Shown here piece by piece: positions 60,671-64,000 of a stretch of DNA of 64,000 nt (within the stretch, counting starts at the first letter, position 1; the number at the start of each line of letters is the position of its first letter). Under the pieces are notes generated by a model. It was not told where the DNA came from, ran no database searches, and saw only the letters and a list, made by a program, of their open reading frames with translations. Made by a program: the position numbers and the translations under genes. The DNA is taken from the NCBI RefSeq assembly GCF_018350175.1, contig NC_058369.1:10294001-10358000 (forward strand), written 5' to 3'. Source of the DNA: Felis catus. Lineage: Eukaryota.

Positions 60671-60886
60671 TCTGGCATTAGATTCGATGAAAAACAAAGA
60701 AGGGAGACAGGAAGACAAGACGTTTCTTACTTTGACAAGTGTTCGCATTGGAATTCTCGAATTGTGTGTCCCCAGAGAGGAGTTTGTACCCAGGATTACA
60801 GTGGCAGTGGAAACTTCCTTCGACATTCTGGCATGCAGCGTTAAGTCCACAATATATGCTAATGGGTGGTTTACATTCATCAATGT
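29822..60886 (-). CDS. ADGRE3: Adhesion GPCR E3 (EMR3), partial gene span; signal-peptide and EGF1 exons not seen in the window
   Basis: Twelve in-frame exons (1709 nt) encode cbEGF, GAIN/GPS and 7TM matching EMR3 (e.g. [51 protein letters not shown]), plus a degenerate terminal exon; tail-to-tail with CLEC17A as in human. Confidence 0.92.
30039..33350 (-). mobile_element. Possible ERV1-like LTR/internal remnant in the last ADGRE3 intron, interrupted by SINEs and a (TA)n
   Basis: Minus-strand AATAAA (30086-30091) ~45 nt before a CA end (30039); tgtcatggtgccggtaggtgtgt LTR-like motif; PPT-like ttcccctttt near 32303. Family not identifiable by eye. Confidence 0.4.
32206..32311. repeat. Compound (TA)n/TTCCCC microsatellite
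   Basis: Directly visible. Confidence 0.9.
33521..33616 (-). CDS. ADGRE3: ADGRE3 cytoplasmic tail exon ([32 protein letters not shown])
   Basis: ttccag acceptor, GTAAG donor. Confidence 0.92.
34894..35062 (-). CDS. ADGRE3: ADGRE3 TM6-TM7 exon ([17 protein letters not shown]...[18 protein letters not shown])
   Basis: Family motifs LGCTW and NSLQG; AG/GT. Confidence 0.96.
35907..35998 (-). CDS. ADGRE3: ADGRE3 TM5/ICL3 exon ([30 protein letters not shown])
   Basis: ttctgcag acceptor, GTGAG donor. Confidence 0.94.
36415..36481 (-). CDS. ADGRE3: ADGRE3 ECL2/TM5 exon ([22 protein letters not shown])
   Basis: CWL motif; ctctcttag acceptor, GTGAG donor. Confidence 0.95.
36774..37009 (-). CDS. ADGRE3: ADGRE3 TM3-TM4 exon ([25 protein letters not shown]...GYGVP...YGTPT)
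   Basis: LHY and GYGVP motifs; AG/GTAAG. Confidence 0.96.
37296..37493 (-). CDS. ADGRE3: ADGRE3 TM1-TM2 exon ([21 protein letters not shown]...IDQTKIK)
   Basis: Hydrophobic helices; cccag acceptor, GTACT donor. Confidence 0.95.
38526..38693 (-). CDS. ADGRE3: ADGRE3 GPS exon ([13 protein letters not shown]...WSSDGC...[20 protein letters not shown])
   Basis: GPS motif with HL/S cleavage triad; ctttcag acceptor, GTACA donor. Confidence 0.95.
39010..40095. mobile_element. Nested SINEC cluster (39010-39238 +, 39281-39501 -, 39798-40010 +) with a short L1 3' end (~39505-39715 +)
   Basis: SINE consensus; TSD AAAAGAGGGGCGCCTGG; L1 tail gggatgagcactgggtgttata...(aaaat)n. Confidence 0.85.
40345..40529 (-). 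CDS. ADGRE3: ADGRE3 GAIN exon ([24 protein letters not shown]...LSFQHVK)
   Basis: LNSQVVS motif; AG/GT. Confidence 0.95.
42495..42880 (+). mobile_element. MLT1-type MaLR LTR
   Basis: tgtgtcccc..caaattcat..cagaatgtgactg..gagaggcctcagaagaaac..ccttgatctcagac..gcctccagaactgtgagaaa. Confidence 0.75.
44868..45325 (+). mobile_element. Two tandem sense SINEC_Fc elements, TSD AAAACTGAAGGTAT
   Basis: Full heads, (CT)n, poly(A), direct repeats. Confidence 0.88.
45905..46298 (+). mobile_element. MLT2-type (ERVL) LTR; second copy ~53742-54224
   Basis: gatggttaattttgtgtcag...gattctgtttctctggagaacggtgactaat. Confidence 0.75.
46622..46741 (-). CDS. ADGRE3: ADGRE3 GAIN exon ([40 protein letters not shown])
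   Basis: Read by hand; ttctcaccag acceptor, GTACA donor; phase 1-1. Confidence 0.92.
49420..49603 (-). CDS. ADGRE3: ADGRE3 GAIN exon ([15 protein letters not shown]...KIHNSTV)
   Basis: ccaaag acceptor, GTAAG donor. Confidence 0.93.
51019..51932. mobile_element. Tigger1-like TcMar DNA transposon deletion derivative with nested L1 bits and a SINE (51357-51580)
   Basis: Degenerate TIRs (cggacgcacctc / gaggtagggctg); gcaggtttggttccagacc, tttttggtttcccagt, aaatgtgacacaaagacacgaagtgagc. Confidence 0.75.
56158..56195 (-). CDS. ADGRE3: ADGRE3 38-nt linker exon ([13 protein letters not shown])
   Basis: ttttgcag acceptor, GTGAG donor; phases 1/0 bridge the flanking exons; resembles human TTSSKTT. 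Confidence 0.88.
57420..57592. repeat. AT-only low-complexity/(TA)n tract (another AT-rich tract ~55915-56075)
   Basis: Directly visible. Confidence 0.9.
57765..59970 (-). mobile_element. Antisense carnivore L1 (5'UTR plus ORF2 endonuclease region) with a nested younger L1 3' end (~57880-58505) and SINEs
   Basis: [22 protein letters not shown] is the ORF2 N-terminus; [25 protein letters not shown] is the ORF2 C-terminus; TSD TCTGCTCTGAT at 57869 and 58506. Confidence 0.85.
60632..60668. repeat. (CA)n microsatellite next to the EGF exon
   Basis: Directly visible. Confidence 0.95.
60731..60886 (-). CDS. ADGRE3: ADGRE3 calcium-binding EGF domain exon ([34 protein letters not shown]...NTCQ)
   Basis: DIDEC...CxNxxGSFxC consensus with six Cys; ccag acceptor, GTAAG donor. 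Confidence 0.95.
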
Positions 60887-61319
60887 CTGGAACACAAAAG
60901 AGGAATTTAGACATTCATTTGACAAAGATTTATGGAGCATCTAATACACGCCAGAGGCTATACCCGTTCCACCAGGGTCTGTCCTGGCTTTCTGGGACAA
61001 CTCAGTCAAGGTAATGGGTTGTCTTTGTTCTTCCCTTTCCTCATTGACTTTGGTTGGGTTCTCTGAGAAGCAGGCATTGAGATAAGAATTCATGGGCAAG
61101 TACTTCATGTGGGAGGTGATCTCAGAAGACACTGGAAGGGAGGTGGTGAAATGAGACAGGGAAAGGACAGCAGAAAATAAAGAGGTAAGTTTCCATTGTG
61201 GGCGATAGGGACTCAATTCCCCTGGGAACCTCTGGGAGGTGGTGTAGAGCACACACTTCAGAGGCACTTTCCAAGGGGTGGGGGGCTGGGATATTTATCC
61301 GCGAAATCGTTCTCTCTTT

Positions 61320-61806
61320 TAAGTTTTTATTTAAATTGTAGTTACTTAACATACAGCGTAATATTGGTTTCAGGAGTAGAATTTGGTGATTCGTCACTTC
61401 CACACATCACCCAGTGCTCATCGCAACACATTACTCGGTGCACATCCCTCCTTAATGCCCATCACCCATCTAGCTTACCCCCTCCCACCTCCCTCCATCA
61501 ACCTTCGGTTTATTCTCTATAGCTAAGGATCTCTTATGGTTTGCCTCCCTCTCTCTCTCTCTTCCCCTTCCCCTATGTTCATCTGTTTTGCTTCTTAAAT
61601 TCCACATATGATCAAAATCATGGTATCTATCTCTCTCTGACTTATTTTGTTTCGCACAATACACGCCAGTTTCATCCAAAGATTTCATTCTTTTTTATGG
61701 CGGAGTAACAGTCCACTGTATAGATATACCACATCTTCTTTATCCCCTCATCAAGTGACGGACGCTTGGGCTCTTTCCATGCTCTGGCGACGGTTGATAA
61801 TGCTTT
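61320..61806 (-). mobile_element. Carnivore L1 3' fragment
   Basis: ALSTVARAWKEPKRPSLDEGIKKMWYIYT (ORF2 end) plus 3'UTR motifs. Confidence 0.85.
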
Positions 61807-61979
61807 TGTCTGCCCAATCTTACCATTTATCGGGAAAGCAGTGGGATAGCTTACTCCCTGATACTCCCACCTGTCCCGAGCATGAGCTGAGGGGTCTCCG
61901 GTAGCCCGAGAGAGCCTTAGACTTGGCAAAAGAATGGCCAAGGCCGAGGGCATCTAAAGTGGAATACTGACCATGTCTG

Positions 61980-62382
61980 CTGTTATGAATGTTTGTAGGT
62001 CTCCTCAATTCAATATGTTGAAATCCTAACTCCCCGTGTGGCTGTGTTTGGAAATGGGGTGTCTAAGGATGGAACAGGCTAAATGCGATCATGAGAATGG
62101 GGCCCCGATCTGATAGGATTAGTGTCTGTAGAAGAAGAGACACGAGGGCTTCCTTCCCTGCCCGACCACTGTGTGTGTGCAGTGACGAAAGGCCATGTGA
62201 AGAGACAGCAAGGAGACAGACACCTTCAAGCCAGGAAGAGAGGTTTTCTCCAGAAAAGAGAACAGCCAGAACCTCGACCGTGGGCTTTCCAGCCTCCAGA
62301 ACGGCGAGAAAATAAACTTCTGTTGTTTAAGCAGCCCGGTCCGTGGTGTTTTGTTACAGCAACTCGGGCACAGTCATACACC
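61980..62382 (+). mobile_element. MLT1-type MaLR LTR
   Basis: tgttatgaatgtttg..tgttgaaatcctaactcccc..ccagcctccagaac..aataaacttctgttgtttaagc. Confidence 0.75.
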
Positions 62383-63519
62383 TGCTAGATTAACCGACTG
62401 AGGGAGAATGTCTTGATTAAGTCAACATGTCTCCAGTCCTGAGGGTCCCCGTCGCCCCTTTCCAAATGTCACGCGGGTGGTGAGGATGTCCCCATCCGAT
62501 CTGGCAAACACGAAATGGGGAATTTTCAGACTGTGACATAGCGTCGCAGATGAGCTTTGCTGCCTGCTCCATCGCCATTCTCTTTTGAGGAAGCCAGACG
62601 TGACGGTCTCGTTCCCATCTCGCAGGCACTCTGTCCCCCAGCCTCCCCGTGTCAGCTTTCAGGTCGCACCCCTAAGCCAATGGAAAGTAAGGATGTTCTC
62701 CCTGGGGAGCCGGCAAGGAACCTCAGTGAGCGTGAGACAGAAGTGGCCGCAGAGGAATGAGCCTCAGATGGTGCTGCGTTCCCTCTGCAGTCCCGCAAGC
62801 TTGAAGACAGTTCTGTGACCCGTGGGAGGGTCGCTGATGGATCACGCGGATAAGAGGACGGAACACTCCCCACCTGGGCAGGATAGAACCTTCTCGCGAA
62901 AGTGAACAGCCGAGAGAGCGCCCGGCGCGAAGCAAGCACAGGAGAAAGTGACCCAAATAAAGGACAGATGGCAAGCGTGGAACCAGGAAGAAGAGAAACC
63001 TCAGCCTGTGGGCAAAGGCAGGGCAGGGGAAGCAGGGGCGAGCAGGGAACCCTGAGAAGATGTGAACTTCACCGGGATGTGGCAGGGGAGCTAAGGAGGG
63101 GGGTGAAACAACAGCGTTCTCCGGATCTCACTTCTTTCCTGGGGGAGGGGAAGCAAGGGTGAAATGAAGCAGCTTTTTCTTTTTCTTTCTTTCTTTCTTT
63201 TTTTTTTTTTAATTCCTGTATCGTTAACACACAGGGACGTGTGTTGTATTAATTTCAGGTGCATAGCGCGGTGACCCTACGCTTGTTACTCGGTGCCCAT
63301 CACGGTGAGTTCGCTCTTCATTCCTTTACCTGAAACGAAGCGTCTTGCTGGGGAAAACAGTGCATCTTGGCGGGGGGAGTAACTGCTGAGTTTGGAAGAC
63401 GATGGCACAGACACACATGGGTGATTATGAAATTAAGAGAAGAGGAGGTCGCCGTGAAGGGGATGGAAAAGTCTATCAGAACTTCCAAATAAATGAAAGA
63501 AGATGCTGATTTCGTGAAT

Positions 63520-63520
63520 T

Positions 63521-63588
<68 letters not shown>

Positions 63589-63646
63589 TTTTTCTTTCTT
63601 TCCTTTCTTTCCTTTCCTTTCCTTTCCTCCCTTCCCTCTCTCTTTT

Positions 63647-63702
<56 letters not shown>

Positions 63703-63704
63703 TT

Positions 63705-63736
<32 letters not shown>

Positions 63737-63822
63737 TTTTTCTTTCTTTCTTTCTTTCTTTTTTTCTTTCTTTCTTTTCTTTCTTTCCTTTCCTTTCCTT
63801 TCCTCCCTTCCCTCTCTCTTTT

Positions 63823-63920
<98 letters not shown>

Positions 63921-64000
63921 TCCTCCCTTCCCTCTCTTTCTTTCTTTCCTCCCTTCCCTCTCTCTCTCTTTCTTTTTCTTTCTTTCCTCCCTCCCTTCCT
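63520..64000. repeat. (TTTC)n/(TTCC)n polypyrimidine microsatellite running off the window end
   Basis: Pure C/T tract of at least 480 nt. Confidence 0.95.

Noticed and set aside
60887..64000. ADGRE3 EGF1 or signal-peptide exons
   Set aside because: No six-Cys frame with splice sites found; presumably beyond the window, so loss cannot be claimed.

Overview
Mammalian DNA from a felid (domestic-cat-like), judged by the dense carnivore tRNA-derived SINEC_Fc-type SINEs. It is syntenic with the human NDUFB7-CLEC17A-ADGRE3 block. Three genes are supported by reading frames and splice signals. (1) NDUFB7 coding exon 1 lies on the minus strand in a CpG-island promoter. (2) CLEC17A/prolectin is complete on the plus strand: 12 coding exons, 11579-22673, 981 nt, 326 aa, EPN/WND C-type lectin domain, one GC-AG intron. 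(3) The 3' part of the adhesion GPCR ADGRE3/EMR3 lies on the minus strand, from the second EGF exon through GAIN/GPS and 7TM to a terminal exon near 29.8 kb. The rest is SINEs, L1/L2 fragments, MaLR/ERV LTRs, DNA transposons, microsatellites and a 28-bp VNTR. I see no wholly new gene system. The best leads are lineage-specific changes in ADGRE3 (a lost GPS cysteine, an altered tethered agonist, a decayed terminal-exon acceptor) and, in CLEC17A, a single-copy tyrosine-motif exon, a weakly defined exon flanked by inverted SINEs and a B-cell-type promoter. Comparisons with human proteins are from memory and need alignment. Repeat boundaries are approximate.
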